Shown: positions 12,720 to 24,108 of the stretch, piece after piece
How positions within the stretch are numbered: the stretch's first letter is position 1
Layout of the letters: every line of letters starts with the position of its first letter
NCBI GenBank assembly: GCA_038496445.1
Contig: JALMLS010000577.1
Location: 496,001 to 560,000 of the forward strand
From: Trichosphaerium sp. ATCC 40318
Lineage: Eukaryota > Protista > Tubulinea
DNA length: 64,000 nt
Direction: 5' to 3'
Position numbers and translations under genes: made by a program
The notes under the pieces: model-generated
Told to the model about the DNA's origin: nothing
The model's database searches: none
What the model saw: the letters and a program-made list of their open reading frames with translations, nothing else

Positions 12720-13196
12720 TCTACTAGTTCATAGCAGTTACACGTGTTGTTTAACTTGTAAATCAAGTAAACCGCTTAACACTAGGGTTAGATTTACTCT
12801 CAATAGAATAAATTTTTTTAAAAATGCTATGAACGAAGTTAACAAATGCATTGTTGGCCTTTTGAAATAAACTATTTGTCCTTTTCATTGAACTAATAAA
12901 AAATAGTAATGCCGGTAATAAATTATACCACCTGCTGTTTTACATGATAAAGAAGCCATAATAGCACTGATTTACAAGCTACAGCGCTGTACGCAGCAAC
13001 AATGATATTTGCCGATTCACGTGAAAACTGACGAGTATTCATAGATTGTAATGCACATCTGAAACTCCATCAACAACATAAACTAACAAGTTACAACCAA
13101 CAAACAACAACTCACAAAACAACTCTCAACAGTAAGAACAATCTTGTTTCCGTTGCTACCCTATTTGGGACTAACTTGCAGATGATAGAAAAAACA

Positions 13197-14060
13197 ATGT
13201 CCAACGAAAAAGTATACGCCAAAGAATACAAAGAAGCCATAGCCGACAACATGACTGAGGCTATCAAGTTATTCAAGGAATCTGTTCCTGAAGCCAGTGC
13301 AGCAGAAGTTAAAAAAGAGATTGAAGAGCAAAAGAAGACACTCCTTTCAAACAAAGGGACTGAAATCATCAAAGTACCAGCGGCTACAGACAAGGATTTT
13401 GTACATAAACCTCGTAATGGATCATCGGATTGTCAAAAAGCAGTGATCAAGTTTGGTGTTGCTACTATCCGTAAGTGCACTTTCTCTTGGTTTAGTTTAA
13501 TTTCTGACTTGTCTTTGTTTAGGTTTGTTCCTTAAAATGCTTGGTCTTCCTGATGAGATTGCTGGAGGAGCTGCTGAGGAATTAATGAACGAAGAGAAAG
13601 ATCCAAAATCCAAGTTCAAAGAAGCCTTTACAGTGATCAAGAAAGTATGGAAATTCCGGACAACACTTGCCAACAAACTAATCCTATCTTTTAGGCAACA
13701 ACACAAAAAGGAAAAGCAAAGGCTATCATTGGATTTCTCAAGGCAATATCAACCAAGAAAATAATCGCCGCTATCAAGAATCAAATGAAGAAACATACAA
13801 CTAAAACAAAGTATGGTTTTGAAGCTACTACTGGTTTCTAACATGTTTTGTTTTTCAGGTTGAAATGGTTGAAATGGGGATTAATACTCATTGCCAAACT
13901 GGTTGCTATCTTCGCAACTGATGGAGTTGCATTGATTGCTGTCATTATTTCAGCCATGTTTTCCGCTGCAAAGTGGGCCAAAGCTCTTAAAGATGTAAAG
14001 GAAAAATGCTTTGACACCAAAAATACTGCAAACAAGAAGACTGCTGTAAAGAATAAGTGA
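13197..14060 (+). CDS. Lys/Ala-rich alpha-helical protein with a C-terminal hydrophobic hairpin (4 exons), possible membrane-active toxin-like protein
   Basis: Exons join in frame via GT-AG introns (first intron 13471-13522). Last exon WLKWGLILIAKLVAIFATDGVALIAVIISAMFSAA. Confidence 0.75.
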
Positions 14061-14630
14061 TTCTGATACAACTCAACGCTATACTCATTAACTCAACACT
14101 CAAAAATAAAATACTTTCTACTTCTAAGTTTGGTTGTTTGATCATTCTATAAACCTTACGGCTGTTGTTATTGTACGCTTTGAAAAAATAGGCTACGATA
14201 TTGTATGAAAAAACCCTGAAAACAAAAAAACGTAGTTACGATTTTCATTTTGTATTGGATATAAAATCTCTGAAGTTTTAAGCGCTCGCGGATTTTAACA
14301 GAGTGTCGACAATGGAGAATTTATTGATCGAACTGGTAGGCCACTGATGAATCTCTTTTTGCTAATTATCGCAATAGGAAGAGAAGGAATCACTGTTTGT
14401 AATGTCGGGATTCCAGAGAAGCGGAAGAGATGTTTGACAACCAATTCAGGCACGGATGACTGAATTAAAAAGGTCTAGCTAGAACAACACATGAACCTGT
14501 AAAGTAATAACCTTTACCACTAACTTGCTTTCATTAGCTAAACCTACTTGTACACATTTACAACAAGAAGAAAAAAACAATCTGTCTCACTTTTATTAGA
14601 TTTCGACTTGTACTATTGAGAGTACACTTA

Positions 14631-14999
14631 TCAGTATACGGGTGCGGTTAATACTTTAGAACCTTTTTTAGTTCTGAAAGAACGTATAACAAGCTCATTT
14701 TCATCCAAGGTTTCGTATTTAATATAGTATTTAGCTTTAATCCAGCGCCTCTTGGTACTATAGTTGCAAGTAACGCCAGTTTTACCAGCTGAGTTATAAC
14801 CCACTTCCGTATACCGTAAAATAAACCCATTCGCCTTAGGACAGTTGCAATCGTGATATGCCCAACCACCGAGTACGTTTATGTCGTTTGGTTGTAGAAC
14901 GCACATACTTGTTCCCCAATCATACGTTTTTCTAATGCTGAGGACAACTGTGGGTAGTACTATTGTGAGCAAAAGCAGTACTATAGCTTTGTGTTGCAT
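14631..14999 (-). CDS. Small secreted Cys-containing protein, intronless
   Basis: 122-aa ORF with a clear signal peptide (MQHKAIVLLLLTIVLPTVVLS) and 4 Cys. Confidence 0.65.
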   Translation of the reverse strand: MQHKAIVLLLLTIVLPTVVLSIRKTYDWGTSMCVLQPNDINVLGGWAYHDCNCPKANGFILRYTEVGYNSAGKTGVTCNYSTKRRWIKAKYYIKYETLDENELVIRSFRTKKGSKVLTAPVY

Positions 15000-15259
15000 T
15001 TGTGGGTTGTTGAGCTTGAAATGGAGTTCCTAGTTTTGGTAAAAAGTCGTCAAGGTTCAACATTTTTGGCAACAAATACAAGTGGTAACTAAGCTATGTA
15101 GCACCAATGCTTCGTTCTAAAATCATATTAAGCTTGTATCTTATAGGTAAAGCTCATATTTGCAATTGCTCCAAATCGCTTTGGAGCCTTCTGAAATCCA
15201 GCAATGCTCAAAACACTTAGTCAGATTTTTATATTAGTAACATATTTATTGTCATTAAA

Positions 15260-16436
15260 CTACATTGTGTATACTATCAAGTACGAGGGTAAAACTTGTT
15301 TAGGATCATAAACAACCAACTCATCGTAATTTAGAACATGTCCAACTTCACCAGAAACAGAGTCATAACCTTGAGGTGGCCCTGTAAAGTGTACACCGTT
15401 TTCTTTGGTCTTGAAAGTTTTTCCTGTAATAATCTTACAAAGAAACATACAACGATAAGTCTTATCGCCTATTTTCCTCTCAGATCCTTTCGCATAGTCG
15501 TTAGACTTCCCAGAGACTGATGAAAAGTAAAGGCCAGGTCCATAACGCTGATACGGCTTCCCTTTTGTCAACTTGAACCCAACTCTACAAATATTGCATA
15601 TATTGCAATCTTCGCTGTTGCAAGGCTGTCCATTGAGCTTTATGCCTATATCACACTTACTAGATGTACCATGGAACCTTCTGACAACAGATTTTTCTCC
15701 TAGTTTTTTCTTGACGTCATTGAATATTTTGATACGTCCAGGACTTGGATCAATTTGAAGAATTCTCTGGACTCTTACGGTGTCGTTTGGGTTTGTTTCT
15801 TTCTTTTCCCATTTAGATATGAACTGATGCTTTATATTATCATATTTCGGATGTTTGTTGGTCATTATGGACAGCGTATAGCCGTCACCTAGTCAAGGAA
15901 GTGAATATGGAGCGACTTTTTGACTGGATTTTTTTTTTCTCTGAGAGACTTACCTTTAAAACTACGCTCAAAACCATCTCTAGATGGTAGTAATCCCCTC
16001 TCTTTGGCCTTCACGGCGTGTGTGCGACCACAATAATCGTAGGCCATATCGCCTTTGGTGTCGTAATAAACGGCTTTTTTACACCCTGGCAAAGCACATC
16101 TTTTACTGTAGTCCTTACTGTTTTTTGGAGGCCAGTCGCCTTGTTCCGTAGCCATTCGTGCATGACGACGCCCACAAAAATCGTGTACGCGCCCTACAAT
16201 GTATTAGAATTACTTGGAGTTCTTTGGGGTTAGGGAGTACCGTTTTCAAAAAAAACAGGCTTAGAGCACCCTTTGAAGTTACAAACGTGACAGCAACCAT
16301 GAGGCTTCTGCACTGCGCCCTTTCTTCCTTCAAGGGCGTGGCTTCTACCACAGTAATCATGAACAACTCCAGCATTACTCCAACATGGCTTATTGCAGTG
16401 CGGTAAAGAGCATATCTGCTGCTTTGGTTCTGCCAT
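15260..16436 (-). CDS. PARP-like ADP-ribosyltransferase with N-terminal repeated Cys/His Zn-binding motifs (3 exons)
   Basis: Catalytic-fold motifs RRFHGT, YGPGLYFS...KSNDYA, GYDSV and YDELVVY. Three C-xxx-C...D(Y/F)CGRxHA repeats at the N-terminus. Confidence 0.9.
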
Positions 16437-16861
16437 TTTAAAGTTCAACTGCTTTTTGATTTGAGGTCACAAGTCAATGCCAGTATCACCTAGCCACATC
16501 GCCCAAAGTGCCCCAGATTCCTACTGAGATTACAACAATATACAAAGCTGGATAATCCGGCACTGGACCTCCAAGCTAATAAAACATCATTGAGTTTAAA
16601 TTACAAGCCACGAAACAAACAAACTCAACGTTACATATTCAGTAGCACATTTGTTTGTCATTGTCAGGAACAATACTGAAGTGTCTGTTCAGACTACTAG
16701 TTTTAGTACTAGCCTATAATGTTTTTGGGAAATATGTTTACAGCGTAAATGCAATGCCAATTGGAAACGTTGAAAGCTTCATATTCTTTTTTTTTCACTC
16801 AATAAAAATTCCCCTAACATCTCAACGTACATCTACATTTATTTATGCATAGTGGACTTGT

Positions 16862-17382
16862 TTAAAAAGTAGGAAAGGCATTTGTTTTAACTTGAAGATC
16901 AGCATCTACCTTGAAGTGGTGGCCTAAAAAATATATTGAAAAGGCCCCGCCTTCCCAGCGGTTGAAGTTGCCTTTGCCCACATGTTGGAAGTACACCACT
17001 TTGCCTTTAGGCGTAATACAGAACATCATATCTATTTTAGAACGAGCAATGAAATCAACTTCTTGCCAAGAATCATATACTTGCTGAACAAGTCTAGCAA
17101 GAGCAGAAGGAGGACTATCATCGTGAACTATTGACACTTGTGAGGACCCCGAAGAATGTACCGTATCTCTGTCAGTTTGAAGCCCAAGCTTGGAGTCTAT
17201 GATATTTGATTCTTGCTGTTTAAAGCCCAGTAAGTCATCTTCTGGCCTTTTTATACTAGTGAGTTCTGTATCAAATTAGCAGCTTGTACCAAAATCTAGA
17301 TTTGAGTGCTGCGGCCTTATTCGGACAGTCTTGCTCCAACAAATACGTTGTAATTTCAATTTTGGCGCATGTATTCACCTCT
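16862..17382 (-). CDS. Unidentified spliced coding segment (gene or pseudogene); ends uncertain
   Basis: Open exons flanked by AG/GT, reading EVNTCAKIEITTY...FIARSKIDMMFCITPKGKVVYFQ. No recognisable domain. Confidence 0.3.
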
Positions 17383-18019
17383 AAATACAACGGAAAATGA
17401 CTATGTGCTTCGCTAGGTTGACAGTGAGTAAGTATATGTGAAATTAATTACCTTAGTTCAACCCTGCTCCATCCTGGCACTCTTCTTGTCTCGCTACAGG
17501 CAAGTTAGACCAAATTTGCTAACATTCGTATACCTTGCTCCTTTGCTTTTTTTTATCTCCCTATAGTTTTTTCCATCCTTAGTTACACTAACAGTTGCGG
17601 TATACGCTAAAAACATCTCTTGCTTGTCGAAAAATATTTCATACAATGTTGAGCCAAAGTTTCTGCAGAGCTACAGCACCATTATCAAGTCAATTTGCTT
17701 GTTATCGTACCATATCAAAGCTAATGTATACCATGAATTGTTTAGGCTTCGCTTTTTCAGGCTGGGAGAGTTTAGAAAGCAACAGTAAAGCAATAACGCC
17801 CGATAAAATGAATATGAAGACGTTTTTCCACATAACACGTGATAATGTCAAACTCTCTTAGAGACTTTCCAAAAACTGTCAAAATGTTGACTTAAAGAAT
17901 ATAATAGAGCGCTAAGTCCTATCGTCTAAGGATAGTATTTCTTTTATCCTGAATTATCGTGGAACTTGGCAATGCGCTGGCTTGGAACAATCAGTAAAAA
18001 TGAGACTGACAAGGATTGT

Positions 18020-19708
18020 TTATTGGTACATAAGAACTGAGAGGACAATGAACGACAAAAAAAACTTGTGCTTGGATAATACGAGCGATGGTACTCCAGG
18101 ACTTGATGGTGCTGGGGGTGGTATGATAGGACTTGACGGTGTCTGTAGAGTTGTAGGTACTTCTGTTGAAGCTTTTGGAGCCATAGGTATTGGAGTAGCA
18201 ACTGAAGGAGGACTCTCATTGAAGTCACATGAGTTGATAACCTTGTAGTAGAAAGGTCCAAAAGGTTTAGCTTGCACCGAAAGCTACATTGAAGATAGTT
18301 AGAAGACGTAACCGACACTGATTAACGTACAATAATCGAACAATTAAATCCAAAGCCAATGTTTGACACTTCAACAGATCCTTCTCTAAAGTTCACTCCA
18401 CCTCTGACTATAGTTCCATCGGCTTTTAGTGTTATTATCGGTTGAAACTTTTCTCCTGGGTACGTGATATAAGCAACAACCCCACGGACGTTATTTTCTG
18501 TTGATGTCATATCTATGAACTCCAGTGAGCTATTGAAACCAGCAGTATCTGCAATGAATACAGGATCAGTAATGATAAGAAGATGAAGATTTCTGTCTAT
18601 CACAGTTACAAACGTTTCTCTTTTCGGTGTCATCAAGGTGTATGCAAGAACAAATTTATCTTGGGCTTTGTTGTGTATAATTCTGAACGACATTGTATTG
18701 TTTATACTAAGCTTGGATTCAAAGTAGAGAATGCCAAAAGGCTATAATGATACTTAGAAGCTATTTGAATTCAAACACGTACTGAGGTTGTAAATATAAA
18801 TGATATAAACGATAAAGTGTTACCCTTAGTATACGCTATAACTTGATATCCATGTTTAGAATTAATCATTTTTGCTTGCGTCACATTGGTGTACTTGTCT
18901 ACATCAACCACAATTAGACAACTTAAGATATAGTGCTAATACCTGTACTCAAAACGTGCTCTCTTACTACACTTCCGTTGCTTGGAAATGAATAGATTGC
19001 AAATCCATAGGAAGCATTGGCGTAGCCACAATAATAAAGACCAGAAACTATGTACGAAAAAAGTCAGCTCTTGAAAGGCTTAGCTAGACAATACTTGGTT
19101 CAAATGAAGCGACGGTTTGAAGGCCTGAGTCAGATGCTGGTTGACGCAACCCAAGGATTTCTGTGATATAATACTACATTGTAGCGATGTTAGGTAAGCA
19201 AAAGGGAAGAACAGTGAACATACGTGTGTATTATTACTTCGTATGTAGCGAACTCCAAATTTATCGCTATAAAAAGCAAATATTGCGATCTCGTCGAGAC
19301 CTTCAACAGCTTGAACAAGCCTTCCATCTAAAATCTCAAGCAACTTCAATCTTCCTTCGTTTACCTCTTTATTGTTATTGTTGAGATTGGAAAAGAGGTT
19401 GTGAAGCGTACCTTTCGCAGTGTTGATATAAACATATATTTTGTTGTTTACTGATCCTTGTTTATTCTCGCTTGCTGTATCTTCATCGTCACTTACAATT
19501 ACAGCAACAGTATTTTCTCCACCAACAACAGCACTTATTATTGGAGCACGCTGTGCATTATGATGATTGTAGAGGATATAATCGCCAGCAGAAAGACACC
19601 CTATTTATCAATCAGTCAACATTTGGGGTTGGTTGAAGTTTAAGACAACGTACAATAAACTTGAAGAGTGAAGAATAAAGCAACTACAACAGACGTGTTT
19701 TGTATCAT
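18020..19708 (-). CDS. Secreted, probably GPI-anchored beta-rich surface protein, paralogue A (single domain + PT stalk)
   Basis: Signal peptide MIQNTSVVVALFFTLQVYWC; PT-rich stalk; hydrophobic end SKHKFFLSFIVLSVLMYQ; homologous to the neighbouring gene. Confidence 0.75.
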
Positions 19709-20024
19709 GTGTACAATATTAAATAATGTCCAGTTTTCGCGTGATTTCCACGGGATATCATTGCTTCCGCAGGAGCTTTTCTTCGCACATCTTTGGGTCT
19801 TTTCACGAACAGTTTTTCGGGTACTGCACGATATTCCACGCGGGTATTTTGAGGTAACATCACATAGCTTGTATTAAATGACAGTTCTGATATGCCGCTA
19901 CATTGTGCGCTGTCAGATAAACCGGGGAAAATAAATTTCGCCGTGTAAAGCAGAACTTCTGAACTGTACATTAAGATTTATGAAAAAGGTTGCCACAGTA
20001 TCACGTGATTGCAGATACCATAAT

Positions 20025-20071
20025 TTCATAGCCAGCTACCTCAGCTTCATAGCCAGCTACCTCAGCTTCAT
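20025..20071. repeat. 21-bp tandem duplication TTCATAGCCAGCTACCTCAGC x2
   Basis: Direct reading; lies between paralogues A and B. Confidence 0.85.
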
Positions 20072-20213
20072 TCATAGAGGATTTTATTGATATTTATTGC
20101 AACAATACGTACGTTTAAACATGAAGCTGGTGTACCAGCAACAATGAGATTGTATACACGCTTTGCTGCGCTTGTTGATTGTTTATTTCAAATAGCCGCT
20201 ACGGCAAGAGGTT

Positions 20214-23200
20214 TTATTGGTACACAAGAACAGTACACAATAAAAAGACAATGACAGACATAAAAAACTTGTGTTTGGATGATGATATTAGCGATGGTGG
20301 TGCCGGTGTTGATGGCGTGATACTTTGCGGTGAAACTGGTGTATTTGTTGTGACTGTTGAAGGAGCTACTGGATCCGTAGGGGAAATTGGAGCAGCCTTG
20401 GTTGGAGGAACAGGCATCGACGGGCCGAAACACTTTGAAGGATCTTTGAGATTCCTAACACTTACTTCAAATGTATTACCAAATACATCAGAAAACGTAT
20501 TAAATGAGTTCTAAAAACCAATGTTAGATGTTGGTTTAAAAAATATCTGTTTCAACGCACAAAGTAAAGACCTGACTCTTCGTCAAAGTAAGGTTTCGCA
20601 ACAACACCTCCTGGATAAAAAGGACTGATTTTCTCCGATACAATGGCACCTGTCTTGAGAATAGTGTATTGAAAGTTGACTTGGTCTGTGGGAGCTTTTT
20701 CATTCCAGATATCACCAACACTGAATGATACAATAAACTCACTATCTGTACCAGGCGTTGCCAACGCTGAGGCTCCTCGTAATTTGCTTCGTTCAAATCT
20801 GATGTGCTTGAATACAGATCTATTGGCTCAGAAAGAGAAATACTTCCGGTTGTGCAAGAAACTGTACCAAAGAAAGCAATAAGTCGGTTTGTATCCCAAA
20901 GGGGAGCCAAAACAAGAAGTCTCTCAGTTTCAGTATTGTAAGCCATCATCAAAGGTGATATTGGCATGATTTGAGGCACAGGTGATACAGGAACATCAAT
21001 CTCTTTAAATTCCTATTTACAAATGAGTTTTTGCTGTAAAATGACTGATGATAGGTACTTCGTGAGAGTTGAACACTGATAGCTTAAATTTTCCGCTGGT
21101 AGACATTGTTACAAAGCATTCACCTTCAATTTGTGTTGCCGTCATTAAAGTGCGACCTTCCCTTTTTCTCACAGTTGAGGTGTCATTATAGTATACAAGA
21201 TAATGGCTGTAGTCGTCTCGATTATGTACCAGGACATCAGGCGATTCTAAGAAGTTCCTTTAGCATTCAAGAAAAACCAACCAACTAATTGATAGTACGT
21301 GAAACAACAAAAGAAGTGTGAGATGGGTTAGTCTTCTGAACAACGTCACTAACAAAAATTTTATGGACCTCATGATATATATTACCCTTTTAAAAAATAG
21401 TAAATAAATGACACTGTAATACAACAAGATTACCCTATTATCATTGAGAAACTTTGCTACGTGAAGATTGTGTTCATGCCAAGACACAATATAAACGCCA
21501 TCTCCTCCTTGTAGTACACTACGTGGTGATCCCTTAACTTCAAATACATGGCTATACTTACCAAGTGAAAGATCTAGATATGCTTTAAGGGAAGTACTAG
21601 TACGGAAAAGGAGACATACCTTCAAAAAGGAAGAAATAAACAAACATAGGTACATGATCTAAAGGAGATTCTCCAGTACCAAGTGGACGTGCAGATACTG
21701 CAACTACGAAGTACTTTTCGCCTCCCAAAGTAACAATTGAAGACACGGCACCTTCAATAGTAACGTTTCGTAGTTGTGGTGTAAATTGTCTGAGGTAATA
21801 GAACGAACCACATTCTAGCAAAGTCACGGGCTCTACAACGCACGTTAATGATGCCAAACAGCTAATATTAACATGCCAATGACTTTCGTTTCAGCCCTCT
21901 GAACTCACATGATTGCCTTGGGGGAAAGGTGATAACCTTGTAGTAGAAAGGTCCAAAAGGTTTAGCTTGCACCGAAAGCTACATTGAAGATAGTTAGAAG
22001 ATGTACAAGCGGTGTACTTCACGTACAATAATTGAACAATTAAATCCAAAGCCAATGTTTGACACTTCAACGGATCCTTCTATAAAGTTCACACCACCTC
22101 TGACTATAGTTCCATCGGCTTTTAGTGTTATTATCGGTTGAAACTTTTCTCCTGGGTACGTGATATAAGCAACAATAAAAGGGACTCCAAAAACTTTGTT
22201 TTCAGTTGGTGCTATATCCATAAACTCAAGAGATCTATTGAAGCCAGCAGTCTCTGCAATGAATACAGGATCAGTTGGAATGAAATGTTGAATATCCCCG
22301 TCGATCACCATGACATAAGCTTCTCTTTTCGGTGTCATTAAGTTGTATGCAAGAACATGTTTTTGTAGGGCTTTGTTGTAGATGATTTTGAACGACATTG
22401 TATTGTTTATATTCAAGTTTGGTTCATACCAACGAACTCTGGAGGAAATCTATGGTGAGGCTTAGAGTATGCAATACAAGTTCAAACACTTACTCGAAAT
22501 ATGGTATACGATAATATAGTATCCTTGCTATAAGCTATAATTAGATGGCCTTGTTTGTGATCAATCATTTTTGCTTGAGTTATATTGACGTATTTGTCTA
22601 CGAAACAGCACTCAGACATAGGAAAGATACAAAGGTATTATTACCGTTTCTAAAAACGTGATCTCTTACTTCTGTTCCATTGTTTAAAAACGAATAGACA
22701 ACAAATCCTTGAGCACCATTGGCGTATCCACAATAATAAAGGCCCGATGCTACGCAACAATTAGCAAAATTGTGTTGTTCGTTGATAGACAATACTTGGT
22801 TCAAAGGCAGCAACACTCTGAAGTGCTGATTGGAAGGTGGTTGACGCAACTCAAGCAATTCTGTGATATAATACTAAAAATAACTAATTAGGTCAAAAGG
22901 CAAGGAAGAAAATCTAAACGCACGTGTGTATTGTTACTTCGTATGTATCGAACTCCAAATTTATCGCTTTTATAAAAAGCAAATATTGCGATCTCGTCGA
23001 GACCTTCAACAGCTTGAACAAGCCTTCCATCCAAAGTCTCAAGCAACTTCAATCTTCCTTCGTTTACCTCTTTATTTTGTTATTGTTGAGATTGGAAAAG
23101 AGGTTGTGAAGCGTACCTTTCACAGTGTTGATATAAACATATATTTTGTTGTTTACTGATCCTTGTTTATTCTCGCTTGCTGTATCTTCATCGTCACTTA

Positions 23201-23405
23201 CAATTACAGCAACAGTATTTTCTCCACCAACGACAGCACTTATTATTGGAGCATGTTGTGCATTATGATGATTGTAGAGGATATAATCGTCAGCAGAAAG
23301 ACACCCTAAGAAATCGTAAGGATTGTTTTAGGAAACCCAGTGAGATAGCATACAATAAACTTGAAGTGTAAGGAACAAAACAACAACAACAGAAGCGTTT
23401 GGCAT
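20214..23405 (-). CDS. Secreted, probably GPI-anchored surface protein, paralogue B (same first domain + extra second domain + PT stalk)
   Basis: Signal peptide MPNASVVVVLFLTLQVY; 22923-23307 is nearly identical to 19223-19601; C-terminus SKHKFFMSVIVFLLCTVLVYQ. Confidence 0.75.
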
Positions 23406-23541
23406 GACTGCGGACAATTATAAGAGACGTTAAGTTTGCACTGTATTGTTACACTGTGGTTAACTATGGCATTTGCAAAAGACATTTTTTGATGAGTAAA
23501 CGTGTGCAGAGTTTATTCATTACCTGCAGGATCTAAAGTGA

Positions 23542-23682
23542 AGGTGCAGTTTCACTGATGTCACCACTATGGACAATAATGTAGAGCAATAGGATTTATA
23601 CACTATGGCCAACTATGGGCAGTTCGAGGGCGTGATACGTCTCAGATGCTGGGCAAAATCCTCACCGAAAAGTTCCACTGTA
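23542..23682. repeat. Dispersed ~140-bp repeat, copy 1 (possible decayed mobile-element fragment)
   Basis: Matches 41386-41530, e.g. ATGGACAATAATGTAGAGCAATA.GATTTATACACTATGGC.AACTATGG.CAGTTCGA. Confidence 0.75.
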
Positions 23683-24108
23683 GGCATAATTCCGAAGACA
23701 ATCCATCTGATGGAGTATTTTGAGCAATATTTGATCTAGAGGAGCGCGTTTACGTCTCAAATTGCACTAACAAATCAAGGCTGTGTATGCCTATCCAATA
23801 TTCCAATTTTGTAGCTGCAAAGATAGACTATGCTTTGGCTTTCCAGTATTTTATGAGATTATGTAGCAGTTCATAGATGGTAAAAAAATCAATACAATTT
23901 GTTTCCACATAACAGCACACAATACTAAAATAACAAGAAAACTCTCAGAGGCTCGGAATACAATTGCTCAAAATCCTCAGGCTCTGATTGCTCACTCTAA
24001 AAAACGAGTATAAAAAGGAATCAAGCTTATCAAATAAGCGCGGACTAACATCGACTTTGAAAACGCAAAACCCTTTTGAAAAGTACACGGTTGACTTTGT
24101 ATCCCGGT

